From Simkaniaceae bacterium (GTDB taxonomy: Bacteria > Chlamydiota > Chlamydiia > Chlamydiales > JAJFMI01), in assembly GCA_040880145.1 (NCBI GenBank), contig JBBDIZ010000024.1, positions 1 through 64,000 of the forward strand: a stretch of DNA of 64,000 nucleotides, read 5' to 3'. The notes below the pieces were generated by a model that worked only from the letters and a program-made list of their open reading frames with translations, did no database searches and was not told where the DNA came from. The position numbers were made by a program, and so were the translations under genes. Shown here piece after piece: positions 9,687-17,891 of the stretch (the stretch's first letter is position 1; each line of letters opens with the position of its first letter).

Positions 9687-10771
9687 AGCCTGCAAAAAAC
9701 ATGGTTATTTTGGGTTCAACAGGTTCTGTTGGGAGGCAAACGCTTCAGGTTGCTTCTCACCTCGGTCTTAATGTTATTGGACTTGCCGCATACAGCGATG
9801 AGAAAATGTTAAACTATCAAGCCCATTTGTGCGGAGCTAAAAAAAAGGTTCTCTATCAGAAAGAGGGGATGAATGCTCTTATCGATCTTGTCGAGGATGT
9901 TGAGGTCGATACTGTTGTCGTTGCATTTGGGGGCGTTCTTGCGCTTACTCCAACGTTTCATGCAGCAAAATCGGGAAAGCGCATTGCTTTAGCTACAAAA
10001 GAGGTGCTGGTCTCGGCCGGGGAATTGATCATGGATACGGCTGGAAAAAATGGAGCTCATATCCTTCCTGTAGATAGTGAGCATAGCGCTATTTTTCAAT
10101 GTCTAATGGCCGGAGATGAAGTGAATCGTTTAATTTTAACGGCTTCTGGAGGCCCCTTTTGGAAACATTCGCTCGAAGAGTTAAATCAAGTTAGATTGGA
10201 AGAGGCGCTCAAACATCCAAAGTGGTCTATGGGACCTAAAATTACAATTGATAGCTCTACAATGATGAATAAGGGATTAGAGGTGATCGAAGCGCACTAT
10301 CTCTTTGATATCCCTGTTGAAAAAATCGAGGTCGTGATTCATCCGGAGAGTTTGATTCATAGTTTAGTAGAATTTGTCGACAATGCCATGATCGCTCAAG
10401 TCTCCTATCCCGACATGCAGCTTCCCATCCAATATGCCCTGACCTATCCTAAGCGATTGAAGGGATTATTAAAGCCATTTGACTTTACCACTTCTCATCA
10501 GTTATCATTTCATCCACCGGATAGTGTGCGTTTCCCTTGTTTGAATATTTGCTATAATGCTTTGGAAATAGGGGAGAGTTTGCCCTGCTTTTTAAATGCG
10601 GCAAATGAGTCGATTGTTCATGGCTTTTTAAATGGAAAAATCGAGTGGAATGAAATCCCTATCCGACTTGAAAAGATGATGGAAAAGCACACAGTCATTA
10701 AAAATCCCTCTTTAACGGATTTATTGAATATCGAAAAAGAAGCAAGACGCCAAGTGGAGATGAGTTTATGA
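9668..10771 (+). CDS. dxr: 1-deoxy-D-xylulose-5-phosphate reductoisomerase
   Basis: LGSTGSVG, LPVDSEHSA, LTASGGPF, HPKWSMGPKITIDS, NKGLEVIEA. Confidence 0.97.
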   Translation: MEESLLKPAKNMVILGSTGSVGRQTLQVASHLGLNVIGLAAYSDEKMLNYQAHLCGAKKKVLYQKEGMNALIDLVEDVEVDTVVVAFGGVLALTPTFHAAKSGKRIALATKEVLVSAGELIMDTAGKNGAHILPVDSEHSAIFQCLMAGDEVNRLILTASGGPFWKHSLEELNQVRLEEALKHPKWSMGPKITIDSSTMMNKGLEVIEAHYLFDIPVEKIEVVIHPESLIHSLVEFVDNAMIAQVSYPDMQLPIQYALTYPKRLKGLLKPFDFTTSHQLSFHPPDSVRFPCLNICYNALEIGESLPCFLNAANESIVHGFLNGKIEWNEIPIRLEKMMEKHTVIKNPSLTDLLNIEKEARRQVEMSL

Positions 10772-12630
10772 GTATTCTTACAATAATATTAGCCGCGCTC
10801 GGATTGTCCTTTCTCGTCTTCATTCATGAGCTCGGTCACTATATTGCTGCAAGACGAGTTGGAATGGTAGTCGAAGTCTTTAGTATCGGTTTTGGTCCTG
10901 CATTTTTGAAATGGGAGCGAAAGGGAGTTCGTTGGCAAATTTGTTATTTTCTCTTCGGAGGATTTGTCAAAATCAAGGGAATGGAGGTTGAAAAAGGAGA
11001 GGAGCCTTCTGAGATTACAGATGGTTTTTATCAAAAAAGTCCTTGGGCTCGTATCAAAGTGGCCTTTATGGGACCCCTGGTCAATATCCTATTTGCGCTT
11101 CTTGTATTCTGTGGAATTTGGGCTCTTGGAGGCAGGGAAAAACCTTTCTCAAATTACACACAAATCACCGGTTGGATTAATCAAGAAAGTGCTTTTGCAG
11201 AAAAAGGGTTAAGTGCCGGGGATACAATCACATATTTGAATGAAAAGCCCTACAATGGAGCTGAAGATCTCATAAAAAGTGTAATCATCAAGCAGGAGAG
11301 TTTACGCTTGCAAGGGGAAAAGGTTGGCTATTTTGATGGGAAAGAGGTGCCTTATGATTATCTTGTATCAAAGAAAAATTTAACACTTGAAGCTTTTTTT
11401 CAACAATTTGCTCCTGCGAACTTTCTCTTTTATGCAGGAGATTCTGCTATTGGCATCAAAAACTTAGGACTTCTAGAAGGCGACCGCTTGATTTGGGCAG
11501 ATGGCGAGATCCTTTTTTCATTAAAACAGCTCAATGCGATCATTAATAATGATAAAACCTTTTTAACAGTAAAACGGGGAGAGCAAACCTTTCACACAAA
11601 AGCACCAAGAGTGCTTGTCCGTGACATTCAACTCACTCCTCAGCAGCTCGGTGAGATCGATGACTGGCAGCATGAAGCAGATTTTAAAGGGGATCCAAAA
11701 GCGCTCTATTTCCTTCCTTACGAGTTTAATTCAAAAGGAAAAATAATAGAAAAAGTCCGCTATTTAGACTCGGAGTTTCAGTGGGTCTACCCCAAAGCTG
11801 AAAGCATCCCCCCTTTTCAAGACGATTTGCAAATTGGAGACCAGATTATTGCGGTTGATGGTTTTAAGGTCGATAATGTCTTTGATCTACTAAAGAGAGT
11901 TCAGAAAAGACATATAAATCTGATTGCTCAAAAAAAATCCTACCCTAAAAATGTTCCTCCGCGAGTTGCAGATAAAGCCTTTCGAGAAGAGGTCAACTGG
12001 CAGGATGTTTTAACCCTTGCAGCACTTGTTGGAAGAGAGGGAAATAAAGATCAGGGCGATCTTTTTCTAATCAAGCCCATCGAAGCAAGGCCAATTACTG
12101 ATTTTGCTCCGCTTGGAGAACGTATTTTTACAAAAATGAAAGAGCTTTCTTCAAAGAAATTAAAATCAGAAAAGAGTCAAGAAATCCTTGTCGATCAAGA
12201 CAACCACTTAGCACTTGGAATTCAACTAAGAGATCAGGCGGTTCAATATAATCCGACTCCCTTAGAGCTTTTTTCCTCTGTATTTAAAGAGACCTATCAG
12301 ACTTTGATTTCCCTGATTTCAGGCCTGCTTTCACCAAAATATGTAAGCGGCCCTGTTGGAATCGTACAAGTGATGCATATGAGCTTTCAAACAAGCTTTA
12401 AAGAGGCCTTTTATTGGCTTGGTGTCATTAGTTTAAATTTGGGGCTTCTCAACCTACTTCCGCTTCCGATTTTAGACGGGGGCCATATTTGCTTTTCTCT
12501 AATTGAAATGGTTCGGAAAAAGCCACTGAAAGCAAAAACAATGCAAAGGTTAATTATTCCATTTGTTGTCATCTTTATTCTTTTCTTTCTCTTTATCACG
12601 TTTCAAGATATTTTGAAGATCTATAGGTAA
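10768..12630 (+). CDS. rseP: RIP/site-2 zinc metalloprotease with PDZ-type insert
   Basis: HELGH motif, NLLPLPILDGG motif; follows dxr. Confidence 0.92.
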   Translation: MSILTIILAALGLSFLVFIHELGHYIAARRVGMVVEVFSIGFGPAFLKWERKGVRWQICYFLFGGFVKIKGMEVEKGEEPSEITDGFYQKSPWARIKVAFMGPLVNILFALLVFCGIWALGGREKPFSNYTQITGWINQESAFAEKGLSAGDTITYLNEKPYNGAEDLIKSVIIKQESLRLQGEKVGYFDGKEVPYDYLVSKKNLTLEAFFQQFAPANFLFYAGDSAIGIKNLGLLEGDRLIWADGEILFSLKQLNAIINNDKTFLTVKRGEQTFHTKAPRVLVRDIQLTPQQLGEIDDWQHEADFKGDPKALYFLPYEFNSKGKIIEKVRYLDSEFQWVYPKAESIPPFQDDLQIGDQIIAVDGFKVDNVFDLLKRVQKRHINLIAQKKSYPKNVPPRVADKAFREEVNWQDVLTLAALVGREGNKDQGDLFLIKPIEARPITDFAPLGERIFTKMKELSSKKLKSEKSQEILVDQDNHLALGIQLRDQAVQYNPTPLELFSSVFKETYQTLISLISGLLSPKYVSGPVGIVQVMHMSFQTSFKEAFYWLGVISLNLGLLNLLPLPILDGGHICFSLIEMVRKKPLKAKTMQRLIIPFVVIFILFFLFITFQDILKIYR

Positions 12631-12634
12631 AAAA

Positions 12635-13168
12635 ATGAAATTGAAATTAGCCTATTACGGTTCTAAATGGCTTCGTAAAAGAGCAAAAGAGATCGATGCA
12701 ATTACACCTGAGATTAGAGAGTTGGCAGCAGCCATGATTGACCTCATGAATCAATGCAAGGGGGTGGGAATTGCTGCAAACCAGGTAGAAAGAGACCTCC
12801 GAATTTTTATCACTAAATGTCCCTTCTATAATCAGGAAGACGAATGGATAGAAGGCGAAACCTTGGTCTATATTAACCCAAAAATCATCTCACATTCTGA
12901 TGAACTGGTGATCTTTGATGATGGCTGCCTGTCTATTCCTGGAGTTTACCGCGATCACCCGCGGCCTAAACATATTCAAATTGAAGCTCTCGACTTAGAG
13001 GGTCAACTCATAAAAAAAGAACTATCTGATTTTGAAGCCTTTAACTTCATGCATGAGCTCGATCATTTAAATGGAGTTCTCTTCATCGACCGCTTAGATC
13101 AAAGAGCGCGAAAGAAGTTGAAGCCGCAACTTCAAGAGATTAAAAAAAAGTATTCTTCTTCCACTTAG
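12635..13168 (+). CDS. def: Peptide deformylase
   Basis: GVGIAANQV, (D)GCLSIP and HELDHLNGVLFID motifs. Confidence 0.95.
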   Translation: MKLKLAYYGSKWLRKRAKEIDAITPEIRELAAAMIDLMNQCKGVGIAANQVERDLRIFITKCPFYNQEDEWIEGETLVYINPKIISHSDELVIFDDGCLSIPGVYRDHPRPKHIQIEALDLEGQLIKKELSDFEAFNFMHELDHLNGVLFIDRLDQRARKKLKPQLQEIKKKYSSST

Positions 13169-13174
13169 CATAAA

Positions 13175-13514
13175 TAGACATCTTGCATAACCCCAATTCT
13201 CTGCCCCTGCCCTTGCCCCTGCCCTTGCCCTTGCCCGATTAGTGTTTTTTTTGAGCCATTTTCACTAGCATGGACACTATTAGGTAAATGTTCTATTATA
13301 ACATCCGCTAGTATGACAAATTCTATTGCCACTTGGTATACGGTTAATTTCTCATGGTCTAAAAGAATTCGTTTCTGTACAGAAGGAACGGCTTAAAAAA
13401 TAGTATTGTGTGCCAGAACTTTTTCAAACTTTTCGGGCAAGGGCAAGGGCAAGGGCAAGGGCAAGGGCAGGGGCAGGGCAAGGGCAGGGGAATTGGGGTT
13501 ATGCAAGATGTCTA
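13175..13514. mobile_element. Family-C 340-bp non-coding inverted-repeat element with hexamer-microsatellite arms
   Basis: Perfect 25-bp terminal IR TAGACATCTTGCATAACCCCAATTC; continues inward as (GCCCTT/GCCCCT)n on the left (to 13238) and (GGGCAA/GGGGCA)n on the right (from 13433); TA ends. Confidence 0.8.
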
Positions 13515-13517
13515 ATT

Positions 13518-13547
13518 AAAAAAACCCGGAGAAGATTCCCCGGGTTG
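13518..13547 (-). terminator. Intrinsic terminator of the dnaK operon
   Basis: AACCCGG...CCGGGTT stem followed by a T run on the minus strand, about 20 nt after the dnaK stop. Confidence 0.75.
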
Positions 13548-13569
13548 TCAATTGGAAGAAAAGTAGGGC

Positions 13570-15486
13570 TTACTTTTCTCCTTCGTCAAGAACTTCAACT
13601 TCAGCATCCTCGATATCAGGATTATCCTGATTAGAGGAAGAAGCTTCGCTTCCGGGCATGGGGCCGGCTTCAGGAGAGGCGCCGGCTGGGCCTTGCATAT
13701 TCTCGCCAATTTTCTGAATCGCTTGATTGAGATCATTTATACAGGTGCGCATTTGATCGACAGCGCCTGATTCTTTTGCTGTTTTCAGAGCGTCGATTTT
13801 GCCTTGAATTTCTGAGACGATTGCTTCAGGAAGCTTTTCCGCATAATCAGTAAGAGCTTTTTCTGATCGGAAGATTAAAGCATCTGCCTCATTTTGGGTA
13901 TCGATGCTCTCTTTGCGCTGTTTATCTTCATCAGCATTCTCTTCCGCATCTTTTACCATACGGTTAATTTCATCCTCAGAAAGCCCTGATTTTGCTTCAA
14001 TTCGGATATTCTGTTCTTTACCTGACTTTAGATCTTTTGCTGAAACGCGCAGGATCCCATCGGCATCGATGTCGAAGGAGACCTCGATTTGCGGTGTGCC
14101 GCGCGGGGCAGGCGGGACATCTGTCAGGTCAAAGCGACCAATTTCCTTGTTGTCCTTTGCCATGGGACGCTCTCCCTGAAGGACCACAATGGTCACAGCA
14201 GGTTGATTATCTGCAGCTGTTGAGAAAGTCTGCTTTTTTTGCGTCGGAATGGTTGTATTTCTCTCAACAAGAGGAGTCATCACCCCGCCGAGAGTTTCAA
14301 TTCCGAGGGTAAGAGGGATCACATCCAGAAGAAGAACATCCTTCACATCACCTGAGAGAACTCCCCCTTGAATGGCAGCTCCACATGCAACAACTTCATC
14401 GGGGTTCACACCTTTATGGGGCTCACGTCCAAAAAGCTCTTTGACACGCTCTTGAACAAGAGGCATGCGCGTCATACCACCGACTAAAATGACTTCATGA
14501 ATCTGCTCTTTGGAGAGCTTGGCATCTTTAATGGCGTTTAAGCAAGGCTTAATGGTTCTTTCGACAAGCTTCATTGTTAATTCTTCAAATTTAGCTCGTG
14601 TCAGAGTGAGTGTTAAGTGTTTAGGCCCAGAAGCATCCATGGTGATAAAGGGCTGGTTAATCTCTGTAGAAGTTGTGCCGGAAAGCTCAATTTTTGCTTT
14701 CTCAGCAGCATCTTTTAATCGCTGAAGCGCCATTTTATCTTTCGATAGATCAATGCCATTTTCGCGTTTAAACTCTTCAAGGAGATAGTTAATGATAGCG
14801 GTATCGAAATCATCACCGCCTAAATGCGTATCGCCATTTGTTGCTAGAACCTCGACGACACCCTCTGAAATCTCTAAGATAGAGATATCAAAAGTACCGC
14901 CTCCGAGGTCATAAACTGCTATGTTTTGATCCGCTGTCTTATCGAGACCATAGGAAAGAGCAGCAGCTGTTGGTTCTGGGATAATACGCTTAACGTCAAG
15001 ACCTGCAATGCGTCCTGCATCTTTTGTGGATTGACGCTGGGAGTCATTGAAGTAAGCCGGAACAGTGATAACGGCTTCGGTTACTTTTTCTCCAAGGTAG
15101 GCTTCTGCAGTCTCTTTCATTTTTGTTAGAATCTGAGCGGCAACTTCTTCAGGAGTGAGGTCATTCCCATCAACTTCAAAAATCGCATCACCTTTTCCAT
15201 TTGCTTTGACTTTATAAGGAACGGTACTGATTTCACCTGCTACTTCTGAATATTTACGGCCGATAAAACGTTTTGTAGAATAAAGCGTCTTTTCAGGGTT
15301 TGTCACCGCTTGGCGCTTGGCGGGAACTCCAACCAATCTTTCATCTTTTTTGTAACCGACGATTGAGGGGGTTGTGCGCGTACCTTCTGCATTCGCAATA
15401 ACCTTCGCTTCTTTTCCTTCCATGATTGCTACGCAGGAGTTTGTTGTCCCGAGATCAATCCCAATAATTTTGGATTTTTTAGCCAT
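13570..15486 (-). CDS. dnaK: Chaperone DnaK (Hsp70)
   Basis: [36 protein letters not shown]. Confidence 0.99.
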   Translation of the reverse strand: MAKKSKIIGIDLGTTNSCVAIMEGKEAKVIANAEGTRTTPSIVGYKKDERLVGVPAKRQAVTNPEKTLYSTKRFIGRKYSEVAGEISTVPYKVKANGKGDAIFEVDGNDLTPEEVAAQILTKMKETAEAYLGEKVTEAVITVPAYFNDSQRQSTKDAGRIAGLDVKRIIPEPTAAALSYGLDKTADQNIAVYDLGGGTFDISILEISEGVVEVLATNGDTHLGGDDFDTAIINYLLEEFKRENGIDLSKDKMALQRLKDAAEKAKIELSGTTSTEINQPFITMDASGPKHLTLTLTRAKFEELTMKLVERTIKPCLNAIKDAKLSKEQIHEVILVGGMTRMPLVQERVKELFGREPHKGVNPDEVVACGAAIQGGVLSGDVKDVLLLDVIPLTLGIETLGGVMTPLVERNTTIPTQKKQTFSTAADNQPAVTIVVLQGERPMAKDNKEIGRFDLTDVPPAPRGTPQIEVSFDIDADGILRVSAKDLKSGKEQNIRIEAKSGLSEDEINRMVKDAEENADEDKQRKESIDTQNEADALIFRSEKALTDYAEKLPEAIVSEIQGKIDALKTAKESGAVDQMRTCINDLNQAIQKIGENMQGPAGASPEAGPMPGSEASSSNQDNPDIEDAEVEVLDEGEK

Positions 15487-15489
15487 ATT

Positions 15490-16023
15490 TTACGACTCCT
15501 TTTCTTTTTCTAAATTAATTCTTTTTGCGACCTTTACCTTTGAGGGGCGTAAAATACGCTCTCCCGATTTGTAGCCGCGGATAAACTCTTTTAAAATGGT
15601 ACCCTCTTCCACATCATCTCGATCCTCAACCTCCATGGCTTCATGCAGGTTGGGATCAAACGCCTCTCCAAGAGAGTCATAAGAGTCAATACCATTATTT
15701 TTTAATACATCTTTTAGCTCGGTTAAAATCATACGGAAGCCAAAAGCCCAATTTTTGACCTCATCGCTCATATTTTCGCTATGACCCAGGGCACTTTCAA
15801 AGTTATCCAGGGGAGCTAAAAAGTCTTCCAAAACACCCTCTGCAGCAAACTTGACCATCTTCTGACGCTCTTTTTGCATTCGTTTTAAGGTATTTTCATT
15901 ATCTGCAAGAGCTTGAAGATACTTATTTTTATAATCGAGCTCTTCCTGCTCTTTTTGAATCTCTTCGAGCGTCACACCCTCATTTTCATGGGCGGACTCC
16001 TGATTTTTCTCTTCATCACTCAT
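15490..16023 (-). CDS. grpE: Nucleotide exchange factor GrpE
   Basis: FDPNLHEAM, GYKSGERILRPSKVKVAK; lies between hrcA and dnaK. Confidence 0.96.
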   Translation of the reverse strand: MSDEEKNQESAHENEGVTLEEIQKEQEELDYKNKYLQALADNENTLKRMQKERQKMVKFAAEGVLEDFLAPLDNFESALGHSENMSDEVKNWAFGFRMILTELKDVLKNNGIDSYDSLGEAFDPNLHEAMEVEDRDDVEEGTILKEFIRGYKSGERILRPSKVKVAKRINLEKEKES

Positions 16024-17143
16024 GGTATTGCCTTTTATCTTCTATTAAATGATCTACTTTCACATCCATCACCTCTTGATTGGGTTGACGGAAGGAGATT
16101 TTAAAAGCGTGGGTGCTTTTTGTTAAGGATTGACTGAGCAGGCCGCTAAAATTACGAAGCAGTCCAAAAAGACGAGGGTAGTCGACTCTTGAAGGGCCAA
16201 GGAGCGTAATCACACCGGCAGATTTGCCTTGAATGCGGTAAGGAATGCAAATCAGTGCGGCATCAACCTCATCATTAGTAAAGGAGGAGAGATCCTCACT
16301 TCCAATAAAAAAGGTGAGTTCATCGCGCTCAATCGTTTCAGTGATCAGATGGCTCAAAAGTGTGGGATTTTCAAAGAGAGAGAGAGAGGAGCCAAGAGCT
16401 CTTGCATCATTAAGCTCTTCGAACTTCAGAAGCTGAGAAAACCCCATTCGATAAATATCACGAGAGGAGAAATTGGCATAATTCACAATGTGACGCAATA
16501 AAACCTCATGAAAAAGATGGCTTAGAAGCTCTTCTTCATCATCCATAAGTGCTTCACACTCTTGTCGATGAATTTTACATTTAAGCTGCGTTTCAATTCG
16601 CTTTAAAGAGAGATAAGAAAAGCGTCTTTCAAGAAATAGGGTTTCAGTACGAATTAATCCAAAGTCCGTAATGATCACAACTAAGAGCTGTTCATCGTCA
16701 ATCTTCACAAGTTTGACATCACGAATTTGATCATGATCAAAACGGGGAGCGGAAAGCAAAACAGCCAAACCCGTTATCTCTGAAAGAGCCTGTAAAGAAC
16801 CTGAAAGCATTTTCACAACCTCTTGGCTTTCAGATTCGATACGGCCTTCTAGAAATAGACGATCTTCCGGCTTAATATCGGTGGTATGCGCATGAAAAGC
16901 GGCATAACTTTTCAGCCCAAACGCTGTCGGCGTTCGGCCACCAGAAGAGTGAAGCTGCTTTAAAAAGCCCCCTTCCTCTAACTTGGCATAGTAGTTCCGA
17001 ATGGTCGCAGAGCTTAAATGATCAAAGCCGTTTTCCTTAAGTGTATTAGAACCAATAGGTTGACCACCTTCAATAAAAAGCCGAATTAGCCCTCTTAAGA
17101 CAGCTTGCTCACGCTCTAGTTTCGCTGATTTACCTTTTTTCAC
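16016..17143 (-). CDS. hrcA: Heat-inducible transcription repressor HrcA
   Basis: PIGS...SSATIRN...LEEGGFLKQLHSSGGRTPT and GPSRVDY motifs. Confidence 0.96.
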   Translation of the reverse strand: MKKGKSAKLEREQAVLRGLIRLFIEGGQPIGSNTLKENGFDHLSSATIRNYYAKLEEGGFLKQLHSSGGRTPTAFGLKSYAAFHAHTTDIKPEDRLFLEGRIESESQEVVKMLSGSLQALSEITGLAVLLSAPRFDHDQIRDVKLVKIDDEQLLVVIITDFGLIRTETLFLERRFSYLSLKRIETQLKCKIHRQECEALMDDEEELLSHLFHEVLLRHIVNYANFSSRDIYRMGFSQLLKFEELNDARALGSSLSLFENPTLLSHLITETIERDELTFFIGSEDLSSFTNDEVDAALICIPYRIQGKSAGVITLLGPSRVDYPRLFGLLRNFSGLLSQSLTKSTHAFKISFRQPNQEVMDVKVDHLIEDKRQYHE

Positions 17144-17170
17144 TTAGCACCAACACCTTTTTTCTGCTAA
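17144..17170. promoter_or_regulatory. CIRCE-like operator 1, abutting the hrcA start codon
   Basis: TTAGCACCA-N9-TTCTGCTAA versus consensus TTAGCACTC-N9-GAGTGCTAA; outer 6+6 bp perfect, spacing exact. Confidence 0.7.
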
Positions 17171-17180
17171 ATCTACTCTG

Positions 17181-17209
17181 ATTTTAACAGAGGATGCCGG
17201 AAAAAGCAA
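17181..17209 (-). promoter_or_regulatory. Sigma70/sigma66-type promoter of hrcA-grpE-dnaK
   Basis: Minus strand reads TTGCTT-N17-TAAAAT with TG in the extended -10 position. Confidence 0.65.
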
Positions 17210-17214
17210 GTTTT

Positions 17215-17241
17215 TTAGCACTCTAATCCTTAGATTGCAAA
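17215..17241. promoter_or_regulatory. CIRCE operator 2, just upstream of the -35 box
   Basis: TTAGCACTC-N9-GATTGCAAA: perfect left arm, 7/9 right arm. Confidence 0.85.
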
Positions 17242-17267
17242 AAAAAGCCACCTATCTAGAGGTGGCT
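17239..17267 (-). terminator. Intrinsic terminator of the 17299-17781 gene
   Basis: AGCCACCT...AGGTGGCT stem followed by 8 T on the minus strand. Confidence 0.75.
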
Positions 17268-17298
17268 AATTATAAAATGATCTATGATTGAGCTTCAA

Positions 17299-17781
17299 TT
17301 AAGAGGCTGCAGATAGAGCCATCGGAATAGTAAAAAGAATTAGAATCAGAGCTAGAAATAAGAAGGGAGAAGCGATTGCAAGTGTAAAAAAATGAGTTAG
17401 CAAAATACCTGCGGTGAGCGAAGCTAAAAAAAGACCCGCACTTAGCAGGGTTACCCCAATAAGAACTTTTTTAAAATTAGTAGTTACTTCTTTTAATTCA
17501 TAAGTGGTCCCGTCTATAGGGATCTCCTTTGCAGGGGTTTCGGCTATAGTGATCTCCTTTGCAGGGGTTTTGGCTATATAATATCGAGAGCTCCCATCTT
17601 CTATAGTTAGAGGGATCCCGTTTTTATATATAGGGGTCTTGTCTGCATATCGAGAGATCACGTTTTTTATAGTTAGAGGGATCCCGTTTTTATATAGATA
17701 TTCGTTTTCTGGGTTGTTTTTAAACATATCTATTTCTGTAACGTTATGCGAACTTATATTAGATTGATTATTGACTGACAT
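17299..17781 (-). CDS. Inc-like orphan protein with internal repeats
   Basis: Ser/Asn-rich N terminus, YKNGIPLTI x2, IAxTPAKEI x2, and a C-terminal hydrophobic stretch of about 50 aa; AGAGG RBS. Confidence 0.65.
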   Translation of the reverse strand: MSVNNQSNISSHNVTEIDMFKNNPENEYLYKNGIPLTIKNVISRYADKTPIYKNGIPLTIEDGSSRYYIAKTPAKEITIAETPAKEIPIDGTTYELKEVTTNFKKVLIGVTLLSAGLFLASLTAGILLTHFFTLAIASPFLFLALILILFTIPMALSAAS

Positions 17782-17891
17782 TTGTTTTACCTCTTTAGTT
17801 TATTATTTATTAATAACTAAATCATAACAATTATTTAATAAATAGTAAACAAAATATTTATACTATATTTATTGTACTAATATTCAAGTGT

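Noticed and set aside
12916..12945. Peptide deformylase motif reads DGCLS instead of EGCLS
   Set aside because: Conservative change with the metal-binding Cys and HELDH intact; not evidence of inactivation.
13410..13634. ORF with RARARARARA repeat
   Set aside because: It is only the translation of the (GGGCAA)n arm of the family-C element; it runs across a terminator and antisense into dnaK.
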